A DNA stretch of 64,000 nt, from the NCBI GenBank assembly GCA_000182565.2, contig KQ257460.1, one strand, 5' to 3'. The DNA is from Spizellomyces punctatus DAOM BR117 (taxonomy: Eukaryota). Position 1 is the stretch's first letter. Each line of letters begins with the position of its first letter. The translations under genes were made by a program, and so were the position numbers. Positions 11,871-24,249 of this stretch are shown piece after piece. Under the pieces are notes generated by a model that did no database searches, was not told the origin of the DNA, and saw only the letters and a program-made list of their open reading frames with translations.

Positions 11871-13787
11871 ATGGCATTTCGCTCAACCAGGTCACGGCCT
11901 CGCCTGGAGGTAGCCTCCAAGCAAATAAGTATTACTGAACGGTAACCATATCCTGCAGGCTTCAGCTGATGGATACAAAGCTGATGTTTTGGTAACCGGA
12001 AAGGATAGAGAGTCAGTTGTCGCCCCTTTCAACAAACAAGAGCATCTCGACATTTCACCTACGAACCTAAAGTTATTGAATACCCTATCACAGTACATAT
12101 GTCTTTGGTCATTGTCTCTAGCGTATTGCAGGGACGTGTCTCCAGCACTTGTTTCGGCCATTTCAAAGTACGCAGGATTAGGGTTCCTAGACATTTCATT
12201 TACAAACCTCGATTTCAAAACCCTGCAAACAATTCTTCGACCTGTTCGTGTCTTACAATTACGATGTATTGGATGTTCAAAATTGATGACTGCGGAAGGT
12301 ACACCCGAACGACGCGGTTTTGCTGTTATGGCTCTCCCCGAAGTTTGGATGCTCGATGGCGTATTTATTACATGGCATGAACGTAAAACATGGGCAGATT
12401 TAACGAAAATGGCTCAAAGCATGCGAGTTCGATTAGCGGATTTGGCGAGTAGAGAATTGATACCTTTTGATCCGGCCTTTGTTCCATCTAGATATGCTGA
12501 CGACGCACCCGACTCTGAAGTACCCGCTAAGTTATGGTCTCCTCGTGCCAAAATGCTCTTAAAGCGCATGCCTGTGGATTTTTGCATGGGAGTGGAGGAA
12601 GACTTGTGGAAATTAAAAGTCCTGGCCATCGACTTGGAAAATGAAATCAAGCACTGGCTCGCTAAAAAAATCAAGAATCCAACCATTGTTGAGGGTACTA
12701 TTTCTGTATTTGCCGCAAGCAGTCCTCCATGGGAAGATACCCATGTAGATGATCAAAATGGTGCATACAGCCTCGCATCACGCACGATCCTTGCGTTGCT
12801 TCTATTTGGATCCATGTGGCCAGAGTTTCCACATCGACTGCTACAACGTGTTTTGGAAGCTGTTTTTGTTATCCGGTGGGACGCCAATGCCCGACTTGTT
12901 GGCGGAGTGGATCACTGGGCACGGGAACCCGCTTCGCCATTGTCTTGGCCAATGAAATATAGGTGCGATCGTATCATGTTGTGCCAACTTTAACCACAGG
13001 ATCTGATCTCCGTTACTAGATTGACGTACCTGGCCATTCTGGTGGGGCGGTTGACTCTGGAATCTATTTCCGGTACGTATCTGGAGATTTGAGAAGTGTA
13101 TGCAGAACCTCTCTCATCGTTCAACTCCATTTAGAAACTAGCATAAAGGACGACCCACCGCTCATCTCCCAAGCAAAACTCAAAACCTTGCGCGAAGTGC
13201 TCATCCATTTCGTTCGCGCTTCCTACTCACCATCACACACACCCATGTCAAAACCCGACACAAGCATCTCCGTATTAGCCCAGCGCGTACGGTCTTTCTT
13301 GACCCCAGAACAACAATATCACCTTGCTGGATTACATTTGGATGTCATTCAAATGGCTTGTTTGGATGATGCCAGCCCACGAGACTTTCTCAACCACATG
13401 GATGCACTCCAAAAAGCGTATTCACACTCTTTGAATACGTTGCTCTCAAAGGATGTGCCACTGTATCAAGAGGTATGCATATCAGACAAGGACATGGACA
13501 TCATGCGAACCAGGCTTGCGGTGGATGACCAAGAGACAACATCACACCTTGAAGAAAATAGTACAGACATGTCCTTGGAGGCATGCGCTTTGGAATTAAA
13601 GTTTCGACTATGTCATGGGATTGAGCAAGTTGTTGGGTTTTTGGATCAGCGTGGAAATGCAAATGCTCCTATTGTCAATGAATCATCCGAATGCCTTGAT
13701 GTTCGATCAGGGATTGCACCTCTCTTGACGGATTCTTTTCTTGCATTGACTCCAAATGTGCGAGCATGGTCTGCCCGAACTCGTTAG
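11871..13787 (+). CDS. Hypothetical protein with N-terminal LRR/LRRcap-like region, 3 introns
   Basis: LGFLDISFTNL and RRGFAVMALPEVWMLDGVFITWHERK resemble an LRRcap. GT-AG introns join the exons in frame. Confidence 0.65.
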
Positions 13788-14105
13788 GAATGATACGCTG
13801 TATTTATTATTTTGTATATATGAAATGAATCTGTAATACTACGCTACACTAGCATTCAAACTTGGTGTTTTCCAAGTGCAGCTCCATCCTACAGACAGAG
13901 ACAAAACTCTCGATCTCCTACAGTGACTTACACATGCAGCAACACAAACGCGTCAGCGGGCGCTGACATAATACTTGGGCGTTTGTTTGGACAACCTGAC
14001 AAGGAAAAACTCGCATTTGTTTTTGCATGTCCCTGGAGAAAAAATAGCATAGACCATTTTACCATGCATGCACGGTCTCACGGTACTCCCGGTAATCGAA
14101 AAGGA

Positions 14106-14995
14106 ATGTCATTCGCCGAAGCTCATAAGCCTGTCTCGCGGATAGTGTATGTAGTAGTCGCCAGTTGGAAGGAGCCTCTGATCGACAAAAAAAACTGCAT
14201 AAAACGGAGCCATGGCAAGTGACAACACCATATCTCACCTCCTTTTTGATATAGGTTTGACAAGTACGATGTTGATGGGTCGGGAACCATCAGTGTCAGC
14301 GAGTTTAGGAAACTATGCTACGACATGGGATACTTTTTGTCAGACCTGGAACTAGGTATGGCCATCCGGCTATTGGATAGCGATGGGAACGGGGAGATTA
14401 GTTATGGGGAATGTAAGTGGACGTGAGGTGTGTGTGTGTTTTTGGAGTATCAGTACTCTTTTTTGGAACTTGAGATATTCATATCGTTTTTGTTTTTTTT
14501 GGTGGTTTTAGTTATCAAGTGGTGGCAACAGGAACATCGATTCAAAACCTTACAGCTCTCCCCACAAGAGTTGGCTGACTTGACACAAATCTCAACAGAC
14601 TTTCAACGGTAGGTAGAAACAAACCAATTCACGTACCGCTCAAGAAGAGAGCTCAATGCGCGGACGTTTGGGTTATAGATTCGACAAGGACCAAAGTGGA
14701 TGCATTGACGTTCGCGAATTCCGTCTACTCTATGCTGACCTCGTTAGACGGGGAATGACCAAAAAAACACTTGCGGGAACACTGGAGGTAAAAAAACACG
14801 ATTACAACGCCCTTGATCTGCAAATACATGTCATATTTCTAACACAATCAACAGGAACTAGATAATAACCGAGATGGCAAAGTTTCTTTCAACGAATACG
14901 TTGATTGGGTTCTTGGACAACGACGTACCACCGAACAACCGCCTCATCGGTCCCAACAACAGGTTCCCGCTCGACAAGGAGAGTCGTCACAATAG
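14106..14995 (+). CDS. Four-EF-hand calcium-binding protein (calmodulin-like, not calmodulin), 4 introns
   Basis: Spliced loops DVDGSGTISVSE, DSDGNGEISYGE, DKDQSGCIDVRE and DNNRDGKVSFNE. Start MSFAEAHKPVSRIV|FDKYD. Confidence 0.85.
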
Positions 14996-15566
14996 GGGAC
15001 AGTAGTCTTGTGTATTTTTATTAGCCATATCCTGGATACGCGTGAATAGAAAAACTTTTGGAAAAAGCATTGGTTGCGAAGATGATTCTAAAGATGTTTT
15101 GGATATTGGGTTTGGGGTATTACTATATATTCAGGCGCCTGAAAATGCTATAGTCTATAGTTGAACGTAAACTGTATTGGAGTGTCATTGTGATGATAAA
15201 CAATGGACCCATGGCATATGCACGTGATTTTCATGTCAAATAAATCGAGTGATCCATGGTAGCGAGTAGGTCAATAACGTCCTGCTGAAGAAGAGCATCG
15301 TTATAACGAGATGTAACAAACTTATTTATTACACCTTCTACTTGTATCCTCGGGTAATGCAATGCAATGGAACGTTTGACATGTTCGCAACATGCAGTAA
15401 AACTAAAAGACGTTCATATGCCAAAAAGTAATTGCCTGGATTTTACTTTTTGCTTGCGACTGGCACCAATCAGAAATATAGTGACCAGTGGTGTCACGTG
15501 CTTGCAACTATTCAAAATAAACGCCCCGTTAGCAATGCGCTTGCCTTCGGCCTATTGTTAAGCATT

Positions 15567-16670
15567 ATGTCTAAGCGACCACGTAGAGCCGAGGAGCGAA
15601 AAGAACTGGACCCGACAACGGTCCTGACTGTCGAGAATGTGGAAAGGGAGGTCAACTACAGGCTTCCTTATTTCCGGAAAGATCGAAAGCCACCTGCAAT
15701 GGGCAGCGAGGGCGTTGTGGAGTTCGTAACTACAGGCCCTGCTGCCGCAGGCGAAGAGATCCAGACGGCAGCCCGAAAATATATCAAGCCAGACATCTCT
15801 AATGCTTCTACGACCGATCCAAGAGGAGCGCGGGAACCTGTAACATACGAATTGGCGGAACTGGAGGTCTTGCAAGCCGTATCCGAACGACAACACATGC
15901 CTACTTTTCTCGGGGCTGTGGATGACCATGAGAAAATTTACATGTATTACCGACCATGGTGTCCTACCACAATACGTGATTGGTTGGAGCGACCGTTCAT
16001 CCCCAACAGCTCTGAACTCCCGACAAAGGCGTCATTGCAAAAATACGGTCAACAGCTAATGCTCTGTCTAACAGTTGCTATTCATGAGCTCCATACGCTG
16101 AAACCTCCTGTTCTCCACCGGGACATCAAACCAGAAAACTTCTGCTTGACTGACGAGGGAAGGTTGGTTTGCGTGGATTTTGGGGTAAGCCGACTTTGCA
16201 AAGACACATCGGTTCGAAGGACATACGCGGGTACGGTGAAATACATGGCGCCGGAAGTTGCGAATGCCCAGCGTTACTCGCGCCCAGCTGAAGTTTTCTC
16301 CCTCGGCGCCGTGTTCTGCGAAATTTTGTGCTTGATGTCTGGCGTTCGTCCCGGTGCGGTCCTAGATCCTTTGCTAAAGAATGGCAATTACTCCTCCGAA
16401 CGAATCAGAGAAAAGGCATTGAGGTTTCTGGAAATGCGGTGTAGAGATAACGAGAATTTGAAAGATCTCTTAGTTATAATACGGGAAATGCTGTCGACCA
16501 ATCCGCACGATCGTCCGGAGGCTTGGAAAGTACACGACAGGCTGAGATTAATGCGTACAGACTATACCTGCTGCCAGGAGGAGTTACCGGACGAAGAGGC
16601 TGAAGACATTCCGAGTCCTCCGTCGGAGGAAGATGAGGAAGCGTTGGCTAATTATAACGAATTTGAATGA
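15567..16670 (+). CDS. Intronless Ser/Thr protein kinase, divergent
   Basis: HRDIKPEN, DFG, GTVKYMAPE, EVFSLG and PHDRP motifs, with a basic N-terminus (MSKRPRR) and an acidic tail. Confidence 0.88.
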   Translation: MSKRPRRAEERKELDPTTVLTVENVEREVNYRLPYFRKDRKPPAMGSEGVVEFVTTGPAAAGEEIQTAARKYIKPDISNASTTDPRGAREPVTYELAELEVLQAVSERQHMPTFLGAVDDHEKIYMYYRPWCPTTIRDWLERPFIPNSSELPTKASLQKYGQQLMLCLTVAIHELHTLKPPVLHRDIKPENFCLTDEGRLVCVDFGVSRLCKDTSVRRTYAGTVKYMAPEVANAQRYSRPAEVFSLGAVFCEILCLMSGVRPGAVLDPLLKNGNYSSERIREKALRFLEMRCRDNENLKDLLVIIREMLSTNPHDRPEAWKVHDRLRLMRTDYTCCQEELPDEEAEDIPSPPSEEDEEALANYNEFE

Positions 16671-16834
16671 TGTTACTATTCGTTGGCTTTGGATGAAATT
16701 GCTGTATGTGGGGAGGTTAATCTGGATGCGGATGATGCGTGACTGTACAGGAAGATCCACTACAATAACGTTTGTTCGAGAACATTATCGGAGCCCGACT
16801 CTGTCAACCCGTCCATCATATTATACAAGTCATA

Positions 16835-18019
16835 TCACCCGATTCTATCTCCCCTTCCCGTCCCAAATCGCCTATGAAGAGCCTCCCTCAAAACATCATT
16901 CATCGTCAACAAGAACCCAGCAGGTGGAACCGTCCGCACCAAATTCGGTCCAACGCCCCTCCAAAATGCGGCCAACCCCTCTTCCCTCCCGATTCTCTTG
17001 CATGCATCTAGGACTCCTCGGTACTCATCCGAATTCTGTAAACGCGATCGAAGAACCTGGTAGGGGTACGTTGTCACCCCTGATACAAAACGAGCAGTCG
17101 TCGAGGCCAGGACCAGGGAGGTTGGATGTGGTGGCAAGGAAGCTTTGAGCCGTTCGTAGACTGTAAATTGGATGCAGCCTTCTGAGACGCCAAACAGAGC
17201 GGGAAGTGTCCCTTTCCAGAGCGTCTTGACTCTAGATGGGAGGCGGGTCATTCTTGATGATGGATGATGTACAATGGATCTGAATGTGTCGAGCATGGAT
17301 GGGTTCTTGCCCGGTGGTGCAGTGACCATTCGAAGTTTAAGCACTTGAAGCGGATTAAATACCAATGTACAGAGCGCTCCAGATATGGCTGCCCCAGCAA
17401 GGTTGGCCGCGGGTGGGATCTCCTCTGGCCGACATTCAGGGGGAAGAGAGTCGTGTGCCACTTCTTGAACAACTTGTTGGACAGGGACGCCGTCGGTAAT
17501 CTCTTTCAAGTGGTGCGAGATGTGATGTTGGCCAGAACGATCAGCGGCCGATGATAGGAACTCGGTGTAAATGACATGTCGTGCGAAATCAAATGCACAA
17601 TAATAACATGCCCATCCAAGCGTCGCCTGTATCAATGCAGGTGGAAACCCCCTGTACAGCGCACTAATCGTAACAAGAAAAGAATCAACCATTGCGTCCA
17701 TTATGCTTGAACCTCCACTCCTTGACTCTCACCGCAGGCCTTCCTCCTTTCGAATCCTTCTGAGGGCATCGATCAACCCCTTATAAACTCGCTTCTGGAC
17801 TTGCAGTCGCAATTCGACGACTTCAAGTGGATAAAACGCGATGAATGTCGCCAGACCCGATAGGAAGGTGGAAATGATGTTTATCTGAGTGTGCGATAGT
17901 TTTCTTGCGCTGTTTTTTTACATTACGTGAAAGATCTTGTCGTCAATTTGGCTGTCTTGATGGAACCATCGGTACTGGCCTTTTTAGTGAGGGGATCGTA
18001 CCTACTTTGGGTTATCCAT
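16835..18019 (-). CDS. Mitochondrial carrier (SLC25), FAD/folate-carrier (Flx1/SLC25A32)-like, 2 introns
   Basis: Three carrier signatures (YPLEVVELRLQ, NPLQVLKLRM, YPYQVLRSRLQ), plus GCIQFTVYE and EEGLAAFWRG. The first micro-exon MDNP(N) at 18019 is inferred. Confidence 0.85.
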
Positions 18020-18827
18020 TGCTGTAATTTAATAATGCCGGAACAAAGAACCTGTCCAACCTGTTTCTTCAATTCATGCTTGCAAGCAACAAACGCAGGA
18101 AGGAACACTATTTCCATTAGCAAATCAGAGATATTCTTCGGTTCGAACCCAGCCGAATCATGATTTAACACTTGACTTCCGTGTGGATATTCCAGGACCT
18201 ACTGTACCTATACTTAAGAATGCACTATGACATCTGGATATTCACAACTTGTGCATTGTCGTCATCAAGCTTCGATATGAAAGTATTTTCTTTTCAGTAT
18301 TCATTGATTGTCTATCAATCAGCACAATTGTGCTGCCCATATGTGGAGCGAACATGCTCGAGGCTCTGCATTTAAATTTTTAAGTTTAACTCTGCTTGAA
18401 TACATCGAGCTTCGATTCGAACTGAATCTCGACATGAGATTTAATCAAACAACTGTAACTTTATTCGGGTTATGAACAATACGATGATCGGAGATCTTGT
18501 TTGCGGTTGGCGGTGTCTATCGTTCAATGAATATCAGCCGATGTGGATTTCTGCGATTTGTTTGTTGTTGCTTTGTGTATGGGGCTTTTGTCGAAATTCC
18601 ATGGGCTGCTGAATTGCCTGCGTACTAGTATGCTGAAAAGTGAAAAAAGGACTATGCTTTCTTTGATTGCTTTCTAGACATTCCAAACGCAGCATAGTGC
18701 ATCCCAGTGCACTTCAAGGCTGGGCATGACTACAAGCTCATAACCAGCGCTTGAAATCCACACGCAAATGCAGTCGAATTCACGGAGAAACCCAGCCTCG
18801 CTTACATAATCACCAACTGTGACGACC

Positions 18828-18835
18828 TGACGTCA
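18828..18835. promoter_or_regulatory. Palindromic CRE (TGACGTCA) upstream of the CsbD-like gene; second half-site at 18918
   Basis: Exact ATF/CREB consensus about 135 bp upstream of the TATA box. Confidence 0.5.
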
Positions 18836-19101
18836 TGCAGGGCGGTGTGATAAACAAATGATCAGCCGAAACCACAGAGAAGAGACGACGACGATGAGAA
18901 TCAAGACGATAAAACGATGACGTAGGAAACAGCAGGAAAAGAAACAAAGGCCGCTCATGGGTTATAAAAGGGAGGATGGACAAGAGGCCTCTGAACACAT
19001 ACCGCACACACAAAAGAAGCTAAAAACAGAACATTATCAAAACATCCATTAAACAAAAGAACACCGTCAGATCATCCCTTAAACCTCACAAATCATAAAC
19101 C

Positions 19102-19463
19102 ATGTCCACCGCACCCTCTCGCGTAAGTAGTCTTTGTAAACCAAACTCTTGCTCAAATCTCCACTAATACATACTTGAAAACAGACACATGGAACCCTCG
19201 AATCTGCTAAAGGCACCATAAAGGAAAGCACCGGCAAGATCCTCGGCAACACATCCTTGCGCGTAGAAGGCGCCTCTCAGCGTGCATCTGGAAATGCGGA
19301 AATTGAAGCTGTCAAGGCCGCCAATTATGCCGATGGACAGATGGACTCCTTGGGAGGAAATATCAAGAAGAATGTTGGGGGTTTGATTGGGAATGAGACA
19401 ATGAGAGCTAGCGGCGCCAAGATAGAAGCGGAGGGCGAGTTGAAAAAGGCTGTTAATCAGTAG
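19102..19463 (+). CDS. CsbD-like / Hmp1-type small stress protein, 1 intron
   Basis: MSTAPSR|THGTLESAKGTIKESTGKILGNTSLRVEG...DSLGGNIKKNVGGLIGNETMRASG is a duplicated CsbD-type repeat. TATAAAA at about 18964. Confidence 0.85.
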
Positions 19464-21208
19464 ATTGGTTTTTTGTATTTTAGTAAATTAAAAATGTTAT
19501 CGTTGTATAAAATGTTGTTGATCTCTTGCATCATTTCCTTGTATGTCGAATAAAATGGGCTGCTACTGCCAAAATGTTTCAGCATACAAGTGGACCGAAA
19601 CCTACTTGTAGTGCGTAAAGTCACCACAGCCGTGCTCCGTTCACCGCCGCCCTTATCAGGTTTCCTCCTACACGTGAGTAGTTTTACCAACAACGGCAGG
19701 CGGCCGTCAGCAATGAACTGAACGACTTGTCAGGAGGCAAGCCACGATAAATAAAAAAGCCCTCCGAGTCGCCAAGAAAAACGTATCTACAAAGAGTTTT
19801 GTGACCGGGCTGCTAATGAAATTTCATGTCACTCAGATCTTGCGGCCATGCAACAAGGATAAATCCGAGTAAACGGATAATAGTAGCTTTCCACCTTCTC
19901 CCCAAATCTTTTGTGTGTGCAAAAGTGTTCTTTCTACTTGGGACAGAGGACAAGTATTTAAAATAAAACGCGTTTTAGATTTGCTCCAGAAGTGTTCAAC
20001 GAAATCGAACGATCATCCATCTCGTTCAAAAGGCCGTGGATTAGTGCGACGGCGAGACAAGAGAGCTAAAAAAGGGTTTTTGGTAATAAACAATCTTGGG
20101 TGTGCAGTGCAGATTATCGTAGAACGGCGTCATTTGGAACACTTGGTGGACGGTTTCCCGCACCGCCGCAGGCCAAAAAGATTGGAAGCGTTCATGTGTC
20201 TTTCTTTTTTCGTCAAACGTTTCTAAAGAACATAACACTCTTTTTCTTGTTGTTGGCCAATGGTTGGATTGATGCTCTTGATGATTTCCACGCCCCTCCG
20301 GGACGCTTGCTACGAGCACGAATCAAACAAAAGTGTCTGTACGCTTATTCCAGTCAAACAGGACCGGAGGGTAACTGTTTCTTCTTGCCTACGATTACTC
20401 GCAACTCTTGATTCCGCGGCTGTTTTCTTTTTTTTTTTTTGTGTGTTGAATAATTCAAAGGCATCCAACATACACACACATTCCACTTAAACACAAACAT
20501 GCCGCAGCACACACCAAAACCATCACACATCGCGAGTTACGTAAGTAGGAAACTAGCGGAAAACCTTGTGTATTTATAGTAATTTGAACAATCGCTGAAT
20601 TGCCATGATGGCAAAAGCAGGGTATCTGAGGCGGGAAAAACACAACACATCGGATGACCTAGCACGAATAGAACCAAAGGTAGGCATTTCCATTTCTTTT
20701 TTTTTTTTAGGTGAACAAAGTGTGCTCTAAAATTAGAATGACATGAAAGGATGTTGAAGCGAAAAAAGGGCGTGGGCGGGGAATAGTTTAATCAGACCTA
20801 ATTCCGAACTGATGATTTTGAATTTTAGCTTTCAACTCCCATTATTTTCCTACTATTTGCTTTGAAATCTGCTCAACCGAGTGAGGGATCCCAGTCTAAA
20901 GCTCAAAAAATATCCGAGGCTGGAGGGTCTATTTGTATCGGCCTATTTACCTTTTTTTTGTGGATCGAGTGTCTTGTTGGGTGTTGTCTCGCCTAGAATA
21001 TCTGTAGCTGTCGTAGGCGGGCTCCCCATTTGTCCCATTCCTAAGGCCTTTTGGTGTGGTGCAGTTGTGGATTAGGTGTTCGAAGTTGGTCTGTCGTCGA
21101 TACTGTCTCCCAATTTCCGGTTCTGGTTTCCTTGATTGAGGTCTTTCATTACTACACTCGCACCCTCGTTAACCACCCCACCCTCAGACGGCGTCCCCGG
21201 GAACCACC

Positions 21209-23719
21209 ATGCGTTCACTGATATTCCTGTTCCTCATTCTGGCGGCCATATGTGGGAGCGGTCGGGCTGCGGATGCGGAGGTATCAACTTGTGCGGTTGG
21301 GTGTATGAAGAATGTTAATGTCACGGCTACTCAGACTGTGGGGGTAAGTTTTCTCGATGGACCTTTTTGGTCACTTTGGTCTCGTAATGATTTCTGATTG
21401 CTGAACTTTTTTAAATCTCTAGGAGTTTTGTCTCTCTTCAATGGCGCAAGCGAATAAGACCAAGCTGGCATTTCAAATGTGCATGTTTGTCTCGCAATGT
21501 CCCGAACTTGCTAATCCCGCTCAGGTAAGGATATTGGGTCCTGCACTTGCATGAACACATTCCCGCAAGGTGCTGAACGACAACCGTCAACAATCACAGC
21601 TCCCCACCCTGATATTCGATTTCTGCGAATCCGTCATCACCTCAGATGGTAAACTTCTCGGTCGCCTCCTGAAACTCAACTCGACAGCTGTACCATTGAC
21701 CAGAGATAACCGAATGGTAGTAGGCTGGTTCGTCCAAATGGTCATTGTGGTCATCTTTCTACCCCTCTTTGTATGTATACTTGCCGTTATTCTCAGTTAT
21801 CACAAGCCTCAACAGTCATTTTGTTGCAGGTATGGAACCGCGACCAACGTATCATCCGATTCCGCCACTGGTCCATGTGCGTCACGACCGCAGTGTGGTT
21901 ATTGATCTACATTGGGCTCGTTGCATTCTTCTACACCGCCTTAAGCGATCTAAGATCTGTATCGGAGAGAAAGATTCGGATGTGGATTGGGGCCATTCTC
22001 GTGTCGTTCTCGTTGGCAATGCCAGGGTTTTATGCGTTGATTTTGACCCATTACTTTCTGTGAGTTTTTTTTTGGTTGGACATTGTTGCCTGTACCGGGC
22101 AATTGGGGCTTACTTTGTTGGGTGACAGGGACAAAGCACAGCGTCTTCGAGCCATCCTTCGCGCTGAACTACCCCAGGTCTACCATTACGACCGCGTCAG
22201 CCAAACGTCCACCCCCAAAAACTCTATCCCAGAAGAACCCAAAATCTCAGCAGCTGCGCCGCCTCTTGGCAAGAAACAACATAGTCAAATCTACCAACCT
22301 CAACACGACCAGCTCCATATCACGGCTACCAGGCTTCGCCGTGTGAATTTCTGGGCCCAAGAGCGCATGGCATTTGTGTACTACTTTGTGACTGCAATCC
22401 CCATGTTGTGCTTTTTGGCTTGGTTGATGAGCGTCAAATGGGGCCAACCGGATTTTGAAGAATACACCGTCTGGGTGTTTTTGTGGCAGATTTTGGGAGC
22501 GGATCTGTTGATTTTGGGCTTGAGAGTGCCTTGGGTGATGATGGGTGACAAGTATGTGAATGTTTTGCATTTTCTAGCGATACGGAAACCATTCTAATCT
22601 CTGGTTGTTTTATTTCTAGCATGGCAATCAAGTGGCAGATTTTGGTCACCGCTATTGTAATGACCTTCAATAAAGGATGGACGGCCTACGATTACTACAA
22701 TCACTCGCAAGCAACAGCGGATGGTTTGGTCTGGTATGTAAAACTCGCAGCACGACCAAATTAAACCCACTTACTCATGTGTCGCTGCATCGTTGTATAA
22801 TAACAGGCTGGCCGTCTTTGCCCCAATATTTTATCATGTTCTCCTCCTCGCCGCGCCCACAGTCGTCGCCCTCCTCCCCGAATACCAAGACACAGTTCGA
22901 AAAACCCGAACGGGTCTCCTCTGGCTCACCCGCTCCTCTCACGGCGCCTCCTCCATTTCCGAGAATAAGGGCTCCATGCAGGATCTTCACGGTACAACCA
23001 CAACCATGAGTGTTCGCCATGGATCCAAGAGCGCTGCAGTCAGTAGAGTGGGACAAGAGGACACTCCAACACAACTACCTGTCATGTCCGACACTATCCG
23101 CAAAATCACGACATCAATTTCTTCCACGGCTGTGAACCAGCGGACCAGTTTCAGTCATCCCATGCCTGCCAATGCCGCGTCAACCGTCACGAGCCACCAG
23201 GCAGCCCAAGGAGCAGCTCAAAAGCGGAACCGATCTACTTGTACCCCACCCACCCGCGAACTGGACCTCACCCTCGCACACCCCGCCAGTTTGTCCGCTC
23301 TTACAACCTTTGCAGCTCACGAGTTTTGCACTGAGAACCTCCTCTTTCTTGCCAATGCCATGGATTACCGGCACAGATACTCACGGTTTAACGGTCCCGA
23401 TCGCCAAAAGTACGCACAGAACATCCTCTATGACTTTGTGAGGGCGGGGAGTACGAATGAAGTGAATCTTCCCAGTGGAATTCGGAGAGAGATTGAAAAG
23501 AAGTTGAAGGAGGCCCCGATTAAGGGCGATGAGTGGAGTGGCGAAAAACTGTTTGATGATGCTGTTGAGCATGTCAAGTATGTATTTGCATTGATGTGGT
23601 GCTTATCAAGTGATTTTGAAGGCTTACATACCTCTTATTACAGACAAATGCTTGCAACAGATATTCTGCCACGATACAAGCGGTCAAGGTTCTACATCGA
23701 ACCGGGCACGGGTGCATGA
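21209..23719 (+). CDS. 7TM-RGS receptor (GprK/AtRGS1-type architecture) with signal peptide and Cys-rich ectodomain, about 7 introns
   Basis: Signal peptide MRSLIFLFLILAAICG, a six-Cys ectodomain and seven hydrophobic segments after splicing. RGS box FAAHEFCTENLLFL...GSTNEVNLP...LFDDAVEHVK|QMLATDILPRY. Confidence 0.85.
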
Positions 23720-24249
23720 AGAACGCTGTTCGTATAATGTTCCCGAGAGTGAGGGGTTGGGTTGTGGGCCGCACGGATGGGAGTAAGAACATAGAACACA
23801 ACGTCATCATGTTCATCTGTAATTTTTATTCTCTTTTACATTTTTGTTTTAAAAAATGTTCTTGGTTTTTTTTGGGCATGTCTTTGGGTCGCTCGGCTGT
23901 TTGGTTTATGTTTGTCCTTCTGGGTACATTTGAGGAGGTGCTTTGGTCCGGTTGCCCAGATCCTCATTGCAGCTTGATAAGCGGGCATCTAAAGTTGTCA
24001 GATACGTTTTGTGCCCTTGCAACAACATCAGGTAGTTTGCTCAATACAGTTGGGCTTTTTTCGAAAACGTATCCTACAATGTGGATCACATCTGAGCAGA
24101 AAATATCGAACGGATAATTGTTATAGACGACATTAAGATCAATAGTTCTATTACCCTACACCAAATCTATCGCTCAAACCAACCATGTCACTTATTCTCC
24201 TTCTACTAATATATGAAATACAAAAACTCGCTGACCTCACACGCTGACC

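Noticed and set aside
19500..21200. Short ORFs and a minus-strand TATA at about 20572
   Set aside because: No coherent spliced ORF or recognisable RNA motif, so it cannot be supported without transcript data.
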